Positions 36,329 through 45,853 are shown, counted from the stretch's first letter. The stretch: DNA of 64,000 nt from an uncultured Alphaproteobacteria bacterium (GCA_944389095.1 CALXLC010000033.1:2764-66763); one strand, 5' to 3'. Program-made: numbers and translations. Notes: generated by a model from the letters alone, not told the origin.

Positions 36329-37626
36329 AGATTTATACTGACAAAAATGTTTATGAGGCGACTCAGGAACGTATAAAGTTTGCTTTTGATAATTTTGAGA
36401 ATGTTTACGTTTCTTTTTCCGGCGGAAAAGACAGCGGTCTGCTGTTGAGTATGGTTTTGGACTACAAGCGTAAACATAACATTACAAAAAAAATCGGCGT
36501 ATTTCATCAGGATTTTGAAGCGCAATATCAGTTGACGACGGAATATGTCGAGAGAATGTTTGATCAGAATATTGATGATATTGAACCCTATTGGGTCTGT
36601 CTGCCGATGGGATCCCGCTGCGCGGTGAGCAATTATCAGATGTACTGGTATCCCTGGGATGATGAAAAAGAGGATTTGTGGGTTCGGAAAATGCCGGACA
36701 AGCCCTATATTATTAATTTGAAGAACAATCCTTTTGAGTTTTATAAGTATAAAATGGCTCAAGAAGATTTGTATGCCGAATTCGGCAAGTGGTATGCAAA
36801 GCACCATGAAGGGCGGACAATTTGCCTTCTGGGTATTCGCGCCGATGAATCCATTAACCGGTATCGGGCTTATGCAAACACGCGCAAAACATTGATGAAA
36901 AATTCCCAGTGGACAACCAAGATGGATAAGAATTTTTATAATGCGTATCCGATATATGATTGGTCGACCAAGGATGTCTGGATTGCTTACGGCAAAGAAG
37001 GGTATGATTATAACAAAATTTATGATTTGTATTACCGGGCCGGGTTGTCCATCAGTCAGATGCGGGTTTCAAGTCCGTATCATGAAAATGCCAAAGAAAG
37101 CCTGAATTTATACCGCGTGTTGGAGCCGGCTACCTGGGCTAAAGTCGTGTCGAGGGTAAACGGCGCAAATTTTGCCGCCATGTATGGAACGACAAAGCTG
37201 ATGGGCGTGGGCAGAATTACTTTGCCCAAAGGGCATACCTGGCGTTCTTATGTTAAGTTTTTATTGGCAACTTTGCCGGACTCGGTTCGGGAAAATTATA
37301 TTGCCAAATTTAAAACTTCCATCCGTTTTTGGTGGAAGAAAGGTGGTGTTGTGTGTGACGAAGCTCTCAAAGAGCTTGAGGCCTGTAATTATAAAATCCG
37401 GCACAACGGTCGGAGCGGGTATAATAAAAACAAAGACCGCATTTTGTTTTTGGGGACGCCCGACGATACGGATGATATCAAATCGACGATTGATATTCCC
37501 TCATGGAAAAGAATGGCGGTTTGTATTCTGAAAAATGACCATTTGTGCAAGCACATGGGTTTTGCCCAGACTAAAAAGCAAACGATGAGAGAGAAAGAGT
37601 TAATTCAGAAATATAAAAGTCTGTAA
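36325..37626 (+). CDS. PAPS reductase-family PP-loop protein with DUF3440-like C-terminal domain (IbrA-like)
   Basis: PP-loop ..YVSFSGGKDSG.. near the N-terminus and a ~430-aa architecture. The C-terminal ..IPSWKRMAVCILKNDHLCKHMGF.. is as I recall for DUF3440/IbrA. ATGA overlap with the upstream gene. Confidence 0.7.
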   Translation: MKIYTDKNVYEATQERIKFAFDNFENVYVSFSGGKDSGLLLSMVLDYKRKHNITKKIGVFHQDFEAQYQLTTEYVERMFDQNIDDIEPYWVCLPMGSRCAVSNYQMYWYPWDDEKEDLWVRKMPDKPYIINLKNNPFEFYKYKMAQEDLYAEFGKWYAKHHEGRTICLLGIRADESINRYRAYANTRKTLMKNSQWTTKMDKNFYNAYPIYDWSTKDVWIAYGKEGYDYNKIYDLYYRAGLSISQMRVSSPYHENAKESLNLYRVLEPATWAKVVSRVNGANFAAMYGTTKLMGVGRITLPKGHTWRSYVKFLLATLPDSVRENYIAKFKTSIRFWWKKGGVVCDEALKELEACNYKIRHNGRSGYNKNKDRILFLGTPDDTDDIKSTIDIPSWKRMAVCILKNDHLCKHMGFAQTKKQTMREKELIQKYKSL

Positions 37627-37639
37627 ATAAGGATTGAGC

Positions 37640-38155
37640 ATGAAAGATTTTGTAAGTCCCGTATATAATGTTCAGGCTGTGCCGGTGGAGATGGTACAGG
37701 CGAACGATTATAACCCCAACCGGGTGGCTCCTCCGGAAATGAAACTGCTTGAACTGTCAATTTGGGAGGATGGTTTTACCCAGCCGGTTGTTTGTTATCA
37801 TGACAAAGAGGCCAACAAATATATTGTGGTTGACGGTTTTCACCGCTATACGGTTATGAAAACAAGCGAGCGCATTTATGCCCGCGAGCACGGCAAGCTC
37901 CCTATAGTGGTTATTGATAAAGATTTGGGTGAACGCATGGCTTCCACCATTCGTCATAATCGTGCCCGCGGCAGTCACAATGTCGATTTGATGAGCAATA
38001 TTGTGTCCGAATTGCTTGAAATGGGCAAAAGCGACAGTTGGATTTGTAAAAATATCGGCATGTCGGCGGACGAGCTTTTGCGTCTGAAGCAGGTTACCGG
38101 TTTGGCCGCGCTGTTTAAGGACGAAGAATTTTCCCGCAGTTGGGAAGTTAAGTAA
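37640..38155 (+). CDS. ParB/Srx N-terminal-domain protein (IbrB-like)
   Basis: ..ANDYNPNRV.., ..IVVDGFHRY.., ..IRHNRARGSH.. ParB-like nuclease-domain motifs. I prefer ATG 37640, behind AAGGA, over TTG 37634. Confidence 0.7.
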   Translation: MKDFVSPVYNVQAVPVEMVQANDYNPNRVAPPEMKLLELSIWEDGFTQPVVCYHDKEANKYIVVDGFHRYTVMKTSERIYAREHGKLPIVVIDKDLGERMASTIRHNRARGSHNVDLMSNIVSELLEMGKSDSWICKNIGMSADELLRLKQVTGLAALFKDEEFSRSWEVK

Positions 38156-38236
38156 TTTTTAGCGGAACTCTTTAAGCTGTCGGGAGAGTTATTATATTAG
38201 TCTTGATTTTGGTTGATGCAATTAAAGGAGAGGCTA

Positions 38237-39169
38237 ATGGAAAATATCAGGCTTAACAATGACAGCGAGATGCCGGTTATCGGGCTTGGAACATGGCAGT
38301 CCGGGCCGGGAGAGGCGTATCAGGCGGTCCGCTGGGCTATTAAGTTGGGGTACAAGATGATTGATTGTGCCCCGATTTACGGTAATGAAGCCGAAATCGG
38401 TCAGGCCATTGCCGATGCCATCAATGAAGGTGATATTAAGCGTAAAGATTTGTTTGTGATTTCCAAGTTGTGGAACGACTCTCATGCTCCGGAGGATGTT
38501 GAGCCGGCGCTTAATAAAACCCTGAAGGATTTGCAGCTTGAATATCTGGATTTGTATCTGATGCACTGGCCGGTTGCCCAAAAAAAAGGAACCGCGCTGC
38601 CCCAAACTTCCGCAGATTTGATTCCTCCGAGCGATCTGCCGCCGGAATTAACTTGGGCGGCCATGGAAAAATTGGCGCAAAGCGGAAAAGTGGAATCTAT
38701 CGGCGTTTCTAATTTCAGCCCGGTGAAACTCGGTAATCTGCTTGAAAAAGCGGAAATTGTTCCGGCGGTGAATCAAGTGGAGTGTCATCCGCTGTTGCCG
38801 CAGAATGATTTGTTGGATTTTTGTCGTAAAAACAATGTAGCCATGATGGCTTATTCTCCGCTTGGTTCTCGTCAGAAGGGGCCTCAGAACGTGCTTGAAA
38901 ATCCGGCAGTTATGAAAATTTCCGAAAAACTTCAGGCATCTCCGGCGCAAGTTGTTTTGGCCTGGCAGCTTCAACGAGGTGTCAGTGTTATTCCAAAGTC
39001 TGTGCATGAGGCGCGTCTGAGAGAAAATTTTGCGGCGCAGGTTCTGAAACTTGACGATGAGGATATGGCGGAATTGTCAGGTTTGCAGCCGATGAGGCGT
39101 TTTATCAGCGGGGCAGGGTTCATGCTTCCGGAAACCGGTTATGACAATCTCTGGGATGAGAAGGGTTAA
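38237..39169 (+). CDS. aldo/keto reductase family oxidoreductase
   Basis: ..MPVIGLGTWQ.., ..IDCAPIYGNE.., ..LDLYLMHWP.., ..IPKSVHEARLRENF.. AKR signatures. ATG 38237 behind AGGAGAGG. Confidence 0.9.
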   Translation: MENIRLNNDSEMPVIGLGTWQSGPGEAYQAVRWAIKLGYKMIDCAPIYGNEAEIGQAIADAINEGDIKRKDLFVISKLWNDSHAPEDVEPALNKTLKDLQLEYLDLYLMHWPVAQKKGTALPQTSADLIPPSDLPPELTWAAMEKLAQSGKVESIGVSNFSPVKLGNLLEKAEIVPAVNQVECHPLLPQNDLLDFCRKNNVAMMAYSPLGSRQKGPQNVLENPAVMKISEKLQASPAQVVLAWQLQRGVSVIPKSVHEARLRENFAAQVLKLDDEDMAELSGLQPMRRFISGAGFMLPETGYDNLWDEKG

Positions 39170-39181
39170 ACAGTTGTTTGT

Positions 39182-40132
39182 TTAATTGTTGATGAGAAAA
39201 TCGGCCAGTTTTTCCGGCTCGCTCCAAACAATTTTGATTTCAAGGACTTTGAAATTTTTTTGGAGTGCGGCCGGAATTTTTACAAAGTCTTTGGCGGTGG
39301 TGTAAAGCTCGGCATTCAGGCTTTGGGCCGTCGTTATCAATTGTTGCAGCTCTTTTTCTTCGTAAAAGTGGTGATCCGGGAAATCATAGGTCAGCAACAG
39401 ATTGAAGCCGAGTTTTTTTAGCGATTGATAGAATTTTTCCGGGCGGCCGATGCCGGCGAAGGCAACAACATTTTTGCGGCTGTCCGGCGGGGAAACGGGC
39501 TCCATTCTGCCGTAGAAAACCGGTTTGCGGGGGTAGCGTCGAGCCAAATTGAATCGGTCGTCGCCGATAATTGCCAGCGCGGATGCCCGGGCCAGTCCCT
39601 GGGGCAAAAATTCCCGCAGCGGTCCGGCCGGAATACAGAATCCGTTGCCGAAGCCGAAACCGCCGTCAATGACAATCAAAGACAAATCTTTATAAAGAGA
39701 GGGATTTTGAAAGCCGTCATCCATGATAATAAAGTCGGCACCGTTTTTTTCGGCCTTTAACGCGGCCAGATAGCGGTTTTTATTAACGACAACAGGGGCC
39801 TGACGCGCCAGCAAAAGCGGTTCGTCGCCGACTTCATGGGCCGAGTGTTTGTCTGTATCAACAATTATGTTTTGCAGTTTTCCTCCGTAGCCGCGAGTGA
39901 TGAAGTAAGGTTTGTGTCCGCGCTGCTGCAGAAGTTCCGCTACGGCAACCGCCGTCGGGGTTTTTCCGGTGCCACCGGCCGTCAGATTGCCGATGCAGAT
40001 TACTTTCGGGGTGACTTTTTCAGGGGTGTGTAATTTTAGGCGCAGGGCTGTCGCCAAGCCGTAAAGACATCCCAGAGGATAAAGAGCGCATGATATTAAA
40101 TTTTTGTTTTTCCAATGCGTTGGCGTTTTCAT
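39182..40132 (-). CDS. lpxK: tetraacyldisaccharide 4'-kinase
   Basis: P-loop ..GNLTAGGTGKTP.. and overall LpxK-like sequence. Abuts the waaA stop. Confidence 0.92.
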   Translation of the reverse strand: MKTPTHWKNKNLISCALYPLGCLYGLATALRLKLHTPEKVTPKVICIGNLTAGGTGKTPTAVAVAELLQQRGHKPYFITRGYGGKLQNIIVDTDKHSAHEVGDEPLLLARQAPVVVNKNRYLAALKAEKNGADFIIMDDGFQNPSLYKDLSLIVIDGGFGFGNGFCIPAGPLREFLPQGLARASALAIIGDDRFNLARRYPRKPVFYGRMEPVSPPDSRKNVVAFAGIGRPEKFYQSLKKLGFNLLLTYDFPDHHFYEEKELQQLITTAQSLNAELYTTAKDFVKIPAALQKNFKVLEIKIVWSEPEKLADFLINN

Positions 40133-41398
40133 TTAAAGAAATCCTTTAACTTTATCCATGATGCCGTCCAGAACTTTTGCCTCTCCGGCAGCCCAGTTAT
40201 AAGCCAGACTGCGTCTGGTTTTGAGAAATTCGGGATCTTTTAAAAGCCGCAATACGGTTTTTTCCAGTTCTTCGGGGGTTTGTATGCTGATAACAGCGTC
40301 GGCCCGCCGGGCCCGGTTCATGGCATCGGTAAAGTTGTGCATATACGGACCGACAATCACGGCATCGCGCATGCGGGCGGGTTCCATAAAGTTTTGTCCG
40401 CCATGCGGAATCAGCGAGCCGCCGATGAAAACAATATCGGCGATATCATACCAAAGCCCCATTTCACCAATGGTGTCGGCGATGTAAATGTCCGTTTCGG
40501 GTGCCGGTTTCTGCTTTTGGGAACGGAGAGCCGTTTTCAGTCCGGATTTTTCAATATCGCGGCGGATTTCTTCTCCGCGCTGCGGATGCCGCGGGGCTAT
40601 AATTGTCAGAAGTCCGGGAATCTCTTGTTTCAGGCGACGGTGTACTTCCGCAATTTTCAGTTCTTCGTCATTATGAGTGGAACTGGCCAGCCAAAGCGGA
40701 CGTCCTTGTACAAGACTTTGAAAGTCTTGTTTGACTTTTTCATCTATGGGAAGCGGCAATCCGGCATATTTGAGGTTGCCAAGGCAAAGAGCTTCGGGGG
40801 CGCCGAGCAGCTTTAAGCGCCGGGCATCTTCATCCGACTGTCCGAGGCACAGCGTAAAACAAGACAGCAACTCTTTACAAACAAAACTGAAAATTTTCCA
40901 GCGTCTGAAAGTTCGGTCTGAAATTCTGCCGTTAATAAGAATAAGAGGAATGTTGTGTGCTTTGAGACCGGACAGTATGGACGGCCAGAATTCCGACTCG
41001 AACCACAGAGCAACGTCCGGGTGCCAGTATTTGAGAAAACGTGAGGTGAATTCCGGTTTGTCAATCGGTATAAACTGATGAAAAGCGCGAGACGGCAGAC
41101 GTTTTTTCATGACTTCGGCAGAGGTTACCGTACCGGTTGTCACCATGACGTGCGCTTCGGGACAGGTGTCCAGAATTTTTTGAATCAGAGGCAACATGGA
41201 TACAGACTCTCCGACCGAAGCCCCGTGCAGCCAGACCAGCTTTCCTTCCGGACGCGGCAGCCGAGGGTTGCCGATGCGTTCATTGAAACGGCTGACATCT
41301 TCTTTTCCGTTTTTTTTGCGTTTTTCTATATAAGGGCGGATAATCAGAGGATAAAATGCAGAAATCAGAGTATTATATGCTTTAATGAACATTGCCAT
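40133..41398 (-). CDS. waaA: 3-deoxy-D-manno-octulosonic acid (Kdo) transferase
   Basis: ..VWLHGASVGESVSMLPLI.. and a GT30-like C-terminal half. Confidence 0.92.
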   Translation of the reverse strand: MAMFIKAYNTLISAFYPLIIRPYIEKRKKNGKEDVSRFNERIGNPRLPRPEGKLVWLHGASVGESVSMLPLIQKILDTCPEAHVMVTTGTVTSAEVMKKRLPSRAFHQFIPIDKPEFTSRFLKYWHPDVALWFESEFWPSILSGLKAHNIPLILINGRISDRTFRRWKIFSFVCKELLSCFTLCLGQSDEDARRLKLLGAPEALCLGNLKYAGLPLPIDEKVKQDFQSLVQGRPLWLASSTHNDEELKIAEVHRRLKQEIPGLLTIIAPRHPQRGEEIRRDIEKSGLKTALRSQKQKPAPETDIYIADTIGEMGLWYDIADIVFIGGSLIPHGGQNFMEPARMRDAVIVGPYMHNFTDAMNRARRADAVISIQTPEELEKTVLRLLKDPEFLKTRRSLAYNWAAGEAKVLDGIMDKVKGFL

Positions 41399-42149
41399 TC
41401 CTTTCGTCTCGTTTGATTTTGCGGCTGTTTATATCCGGGCGGACAGGTTCCAGACCAAGTTTCTTGTCGCATTCAATGCTGATGTCCACCAGTTGTTTTT
41501 CAAAACGGCGGCGGTAGTCCTCCAGTTGCTCCGGCGAGGCATCCGCCGGGATAAACATAGGCTCGGAAACTTTGACAATGCCGCGGCCGAAGGGCAGGGG
41601 AATCATCATTTTATCCCAGGCTTTGTTCATCAATTTTGCGGGGGCAACGCTGTAAGAAATGCCAATAAGGGGTTTTCCGGTTTTTTGAGCATAAAAAAAC
41701 GGAGATTTGTTCATCTGCATGCGCGGGCCGCGCGGGCCGTCGGGAATAATGCAGATTGAAGTGTCATGTTTGAGCGAACGCATTAATTCCAAGGCCGCGC
41801 CGCTGGCGTTTTCGTTGCTCGAACCGCCGATGGTGCCGAGACCGAATCTTTGCAGAAGTCCGGCAATCATCCGGCCGTCCCGATGCAGCGATACCAGGGC
41901 GTTAAGCTCTTTTTCCTTGTTCCAGAAATACGGCAGCATCAGAGCCCGGCCGTGCCAGGCAACCAAAATAAGTCCCTGATTGTCGTTCCACAGCTTGTAG
42001 AAATTATCCAGACCGCAACGTTGCCACCGGGTTGTTTTTCCGACCAGACGGGCATAAAGGTATATGGCTGACGATATTACCTCGACTGCCGCGGAAGATT
42101 TGGTAATTTTTTGAAAAATTTTTTTAAAGAAATGTTTGACAGAGTTCAT
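41382..42149 (-). CDS. DUF374-domain lysophospholipid acyltransferase-family protein
   Basis: ..LVAWHGRALMLPYFW..SLHRDGRMIAGLLQRFGLGTIGGSS..IIPDGPRGPR.. as in DUF374 proteins, which commonly precede waaA. Confidence 0.8.
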   Translation of the reverse strand: MNSVKHFFKKIFQKITKSSAAVEVISSAIYLYARLVGKTTRWQRCGLDNFYKLWNDNQGLILVAWHGRALMLPYFWNKEKELNALVSLHRDGRMIAGLLQRFGLGTIGGSSNENASGAALELMRSLKHDTSICIIPDGPRGPRMQMNKSPFFYAQKTGKPLIGISYSVAPAKLMNKAWDKMMIPLPFGRGIVKVSEPMFIPADASPEQLEDYRRRFEKQLVDISIECDKKLGLEPVRPDINSRKIKRDERNGNVH

Positions 42150-42154
42150 GTTTT

Positions 42155-42418
42155 TTAAGCTTGAGAGCCGCTTACGGTGTCAGTAACGCTGATGCCGATG
42201 GTTTCCCGGTCGGTGACGACGACTTCTCCGTGACCAATCAGAACATCATTGGCATAAATATCCACATAATCGTTGATATCACGATCCAGTTCCACCACGG
42301 CGCCGCGGCCGAGTTTGAGCAGCTGGTGGACGCGCAGGGTGGCGGTGCCCAGCGTTACATGTATGTCGACCGTAATGTCATCATTGGATAAGGCGCGTTT
42401 TCTTTCGGCAGCCATCAT
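42155..42418 (-). CDS. small FliN/SpoA (surface presentation of antigens) domain protein
   Basis: 87 aa. ..VTLGTATLRVHQLLKLGRGAVVELDRDINDYVDIYANDVLIGHGEVVV.. is a FliN C-terminal-domain pattern. It lies 5 nt upstream of the DUF374 gene. Confidence 0.7.
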   Translation of the reverse strand: MMAAERKRALSNDDITVDIHVTLGTATLRVHQLLKLGRGAVVELDRDINDYVDIYANDVLIGHGEVVVTDRETIGISVTDTVSGSQA

Positions 42419-42648
42419 ATCTCTCCATTGTTAATTTGCAGCTCATTATATAAGTTATTTTTTTATTCTGCAAATTTTTATTGCCATTTATCAGATAATT
42501 TTCCCCCTGAAAGATAAAGCTGTGGATTAGTGAGATTGCAATTGCCCTTGCGTTTTAACTGTGTCAAAAAAGTTATGTTTGTGCGTTGCAGAAGAGAGAA
42601 TCTTTTCTTATATATTATGCATGATATTTTGTTTTTAAGGTGATTGAA

Positions 42649-45027
42649 ATGGCTGTGAAGAAAGAAAAATATCCGGTTTTGCCGCTGCGAGACATTGTTG
42701 TGTATCCGAAGATGATTGTTCCTCTGTTTGTGGGGCGGGAAAAATCAATTAACGCTCTGCAGGAGGTGGTGGATACCGACCAAAACATTATTCTGGCGAC
42801 TCAGAAAGACGCGGCCGTCGAAGAACCCGGCAGCGACGATATTTTTCATGTCGGAACCATCGGGTCGGTTTTGCAGTTGCTGCGTCTGCCCGACGGAACC
42901 GTCAAGGTGTTGATTGAAGGACTGGAGAGAGTCCGGCTGGATAAAATTTACAGCACCGATGCTTTTATGGAAGCCAATGTAACGGTTTTGCCGGAGAAGA
43001 CCGAAAAGGCCGATGCCGAATTGGAAGGATTGGTGCGGGCGGTTTTGTCGCAGTTTGAAGAATATGTCAAGTTGTCCCGCAAGACTCCGCCGGAGGTTTT
43101 GGCTGCCGTCAATAATATTACCGATTACAGTAAGCTGGCTGACACCATTGCTTCGCATCTGGCCTTGAAAATCGAAGACAAACAGGCGTTGCTTGAGGGG
43201 CAGACCCTGAGCGAAAGGTTTGAAAAAATCCTCGGCTTTATGGACGCAGAAATTACCATGCTTGAAGTTGAAAACCGGATTAAAAACCGTGTGAAAAAGC
43301 AGATGGAAAAAAGCCAGAAGGAATATTACCTGAATGAGCAGATGAAGGCTATTCAGAAAGAACTCGGGGATGATGACGAGGACAGCGAAATTGCCGACTA
43401 TATGAAAAAAATCGAAAAAACGAAGTTATCCAAGGAAGCCAGAGAAAAGGCACTGGCCGAAGTCAAAAAGCTCAAAACCATGAGCGGCATGTCGGCCGAG
43501 GCAACGGTTGTCCGCAATTATCTGGACTGGCTTCTGGATATTCCGTGGAAAAAACGTTCAAAGGTCAATCGCGACCTGAAAAAGGCCATGGCGATTTTGG
43601 AAGTAGATCATTACGGGCTGGAGGAAGTCAAAGAAAGAATTATCGAATATTTGGCCGTGCAGTCGCGTGCTGATAAAATCAAAGGTCCGATTTTGTGTTT
43701 GGTCGGTCCTCCGGGAGTCGGTAAAACATCGTTGGGCAAGTCTATCGCCAAGGCAACCGGACGCAGTTTTGTCCGCGGATCGCTGGGCGGTATGCGCGAC
43801 GAGGCGGAAATCCGCGGTCATCGCCGGACTTATATCGGTTCCATGCCGGGTAAAATTATTAAAGGCATGAAAAAAGCCGGAACCTCAAATCCGTTGTTTT
43901 TGCTTGATGAAATAGACAAACTCGGCAACGATTACCGTGGTGATCCGAGTTCGGCGCTGCTGGAAGTGCTGGATCCGGAGCAAAATGCGGCTTTTAACGA
44001 TCATTATTTGGAAGTTGATTATGATTTGTCTGACGTGATGTTTGTGACGACGGCCAATTCTCTGGATATGCCGCGGCCGTTGCTGGACCGTATGGAAGTT
44101 ATCCGGTTGTCCGGTTATACGGAGGACGAAAAGCTGCAAATTGCCAAACGGCACCTGATTCCCAAGATTTTTAAGGAAATGGAAATCAAAGACAAAGAAT
44201 TGGAAATTTCCGATGAAGCGATTTACAACATTATCCGCTATTATACCAGAGAGGCCGGCGTGCGCAATCTGGAGCGCGAAATTTCCAAAATTGCCCGCAA
44301 GGCAGTTAAAGAAATTGTGCTCTCCAAAGAAAAGAAGCTGAAGGTGACGGCCAAAAATCTAGATAAATATCTCGGCGTTATCAAATATCGTTTCGGTGAG
44401 GCCGAAGAAAAGGATCATGTCGGTGTGACAACCGGTTTGGCCTGGACGGAAGTCGGCGGCGATATCTTGTTTATCGAGGCGGTTGACATGCCCGGAAAAG
44501 GCATTATCAAGCAAACTGGAAAACTTGGCGACGTCATGAAGGAATCGATTGAAACGGCTTATTCCGTCGTGCGGTCTCATTCTATGGATTTGGGAATTAA
44601 TCCCGAAATTTTTGAAAAAACGGATATTCATGTTCACGTGCCGGAAGGGGCGACGCCCAAAGACGGGCCTTCCGCCGGTATCGCCATGTATACGACCCTG
44701 GTGTCCGTATTGACGAAGATTCCGGTTCGTAAGGATGTGGCAATGACCGGAGAAATTACGCTGCAGGGCAGGGTGCTGCCTATCGGCGGGTTGAAAGAAA
44801 AACTTTTGTCGGCTTTGCGCGGCGGAATCAAGACGGTTATCATCCCTAAGGATAATGAAAAAGATTTGGCCGAAATTCCTCAGAATGTCAAAGAGGGGTT
44901 AAAGATTATTCCGGTTTCGGAAGTGTCGGAAGTTTTGAAAATTGCCCTCAACGGCAAAATCAAACCTTTAAAGCAGTTGTGCAGTTGTAAGCCGCTGCCC
45001 CGGCAGGAAAATGCTCCGGCAAATTAA
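42649..45027 (+). CDS. lon: ATP-dependent protease Lon
   Basis: LON N-domain, AAA+ Walker A ..GPPGVGKTS.., and protease Ser motif ..PKDGPSAG.. The start is either ATG 42649 or GTG 42640. Confidence 0.97.
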   Translation: MAVKKEKYPVLPLRDIVVYPKMIVPLFVGREKSINALQEVVDTDQNIILATQKDAAVEEPGSDDIFHVGTIGSVLQLLRLPDGTVKVLIEGLERVRLDKIYSTDAFMEANVTVLPEKTEKADAELEGLVRAVLSQFEEYVKLSRKTPPEVLAAVNNITDYSKLADTIASHLALKIEDKQALLEGQTLSERFEKILGFMDAEITMLEVENRIKNRVKKQMEKSQKEYYLNEQMKAIQKELGDDDEDSEIADYMKKIEKTKLSKEAREKALAEVKKLKTMSGMSAEATVVRNYLDWLLDIPWKKRSKVNRDLKKAMAILEVDHYGLEEVKERIIEYLAVQSRADKIKGPILCLVGPPGVGKTSLGKSIAKATGRSFVRGSLGGMRDEAEIRGHRRTYIGSMPGKIIKGMKKAGTSNPLFLLDEIDKLGNDYRGDPSSALLEVLDPEQNAAFNDHYLEVDYDLSDVMFVTTANSLDMPRPLLDRMEVIRLSGYTEDEKLQIAKRHLIPKIFKEMEIKDKELEISDEAIYNIIRYYTREAGVRNLEREISKIARKAVKEIVLSKEKKLKVTAKNLDKYLGVIKYRFGEAEEKDHVGVTTGLAWTEVGGDILFIEAVDMPGKGIIKQTGKLGDVMKESIETAYSVVRSHSMDLGINPEIFEKTDIHVHVPEGATPKDGPSAGIAMYTTLVSVLTKIPVRKDVAMTGEITLQGRVLPIGGLKEKLLSALRGGIKTVIIPKDNEKDLAEIPQNVKEGLKIIPVSEVSEVLKIALNGKIKPLKQLCSCKPLPRQENAPAN

Positions 45028-45358
45028 GTTAAAAGGAAAGCCCGTTTTAAGACGGGTTTTCTTTTGTCCGGATTTTAAGAGGCGAATCATCTTGCTAAGA
45101 CTCTGTAAGAATCGCGCGGGAATTCGGCTCTTTGGGCAGAGAGAAAAGTCCGGTTACGCTTTGTTTGAGCGAAAAAATTGTTTTCTTGCGGGATAAAAAT
45201 CGGCAATTTATGTGCATAACTTCCAAAAAATAAGGATTTCCGCGGGGAAAAACGTTGATTTCGTTTGACTCATATAAAAATAGATGTTCAAATTTTGATG
45301 TGGTCAGAGATTTATCTCCACATTTGGTTTTTAACTTATATTAGAGGGAGTCCTCACC

Positions 45359-45631
45359 GTGAATAAAAATGAATTGATTGCTAGCATTGCTAATGAAACC
45401 GGCCTTACCAAAACTGATTCTGCTAAGGCTTTGGATGCTTTTGTTTCTTCTATCTCCAAGGCTCTGAAGTCTGGCGATGAAGTTCGTCTGGTTGGTTTCG
45501 GTACTTTTGCAGTATCCAAACGCGCCGCTACCACCGGCCGCAATCCGCGCACCGGTGCCACCATTAAAATTCCGGCCCGCAAGCAGGCAAAATTCAAAGC
45601 TGGTAAAGCTTTGCAAGACTCTGTAAACTAA
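45359..45631 (+). CDS. hup: DNA-binding protein HU
   Basis: 90 aa. ..LVGFGTFAVSKRAATTGRNPRTGATIKIPARK.. GTG start behind AGAGGGAG. Confidence 0.95.
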   Translation: MNKNELIASIANETGLTKTDSAKALDAFVSSISKALKSGDEVRLVGFGTFAVSKRAATTGRNPRTGATIKIPARKQAKFKAGKALQDSVN

Positions 45632-45679
45632 TATAAAAAGGGGTCGGATTTGTCCGGCCCTTTGGTTTAAGGGATTTTA

Positions 45680-45711
45680 ACGGGATTCATAATTTGAGTC
45701 CCGTTTTTTTT
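45680..45711 (+). terminator. intrinsic terminator after hup
   Basis: CGGGATTC-(7 nt)-GAGTCCCG followed by T8. A weaker hairpin lies at ~45640-45663. Confidence 0.65.
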
Positions 45712-45777
45712 GTTGACCGGAGGGAGGTAAAGAGGGTTTATCCTGTTATGAAAAAACCGCCGTAAAGGCGGTTTTTA

Positions 45778-45853
45778 TGGTGGGCGCTGAGAGGTTCGAA
45801 CTCCCGACCCTCTCGGTGTAAACGAGATGCTCTTCCAGCTGAGCTAAGCGCCC
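45778..45853 (-). tRNA. tRNA-Val (anticodon UAC)
   Basis: The reverse complement folds by hand: acceptor GGGCGCT/AGCGCCC, anticodon stem TCTCG/CGAGA with loop TTTACAC, T-loop TTCGAAC and CCA. A terminator hairpin lies at 45751-45776. Confidence 0.92.

Larger units (their letters stand above)
34880..38190 (+). mobile_element. putative tRNA-Ser-associated genomic islet (no integrase; right end undefined)
   Basis: A duplicated tRNA 3' end on the left, and a marked drop in GC by hand counts of single 60-nt lines (25-37% versus ~55% in the mutL flank). It holds three cargo genes. No second distal repeat was found. Confidence 0.4.
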
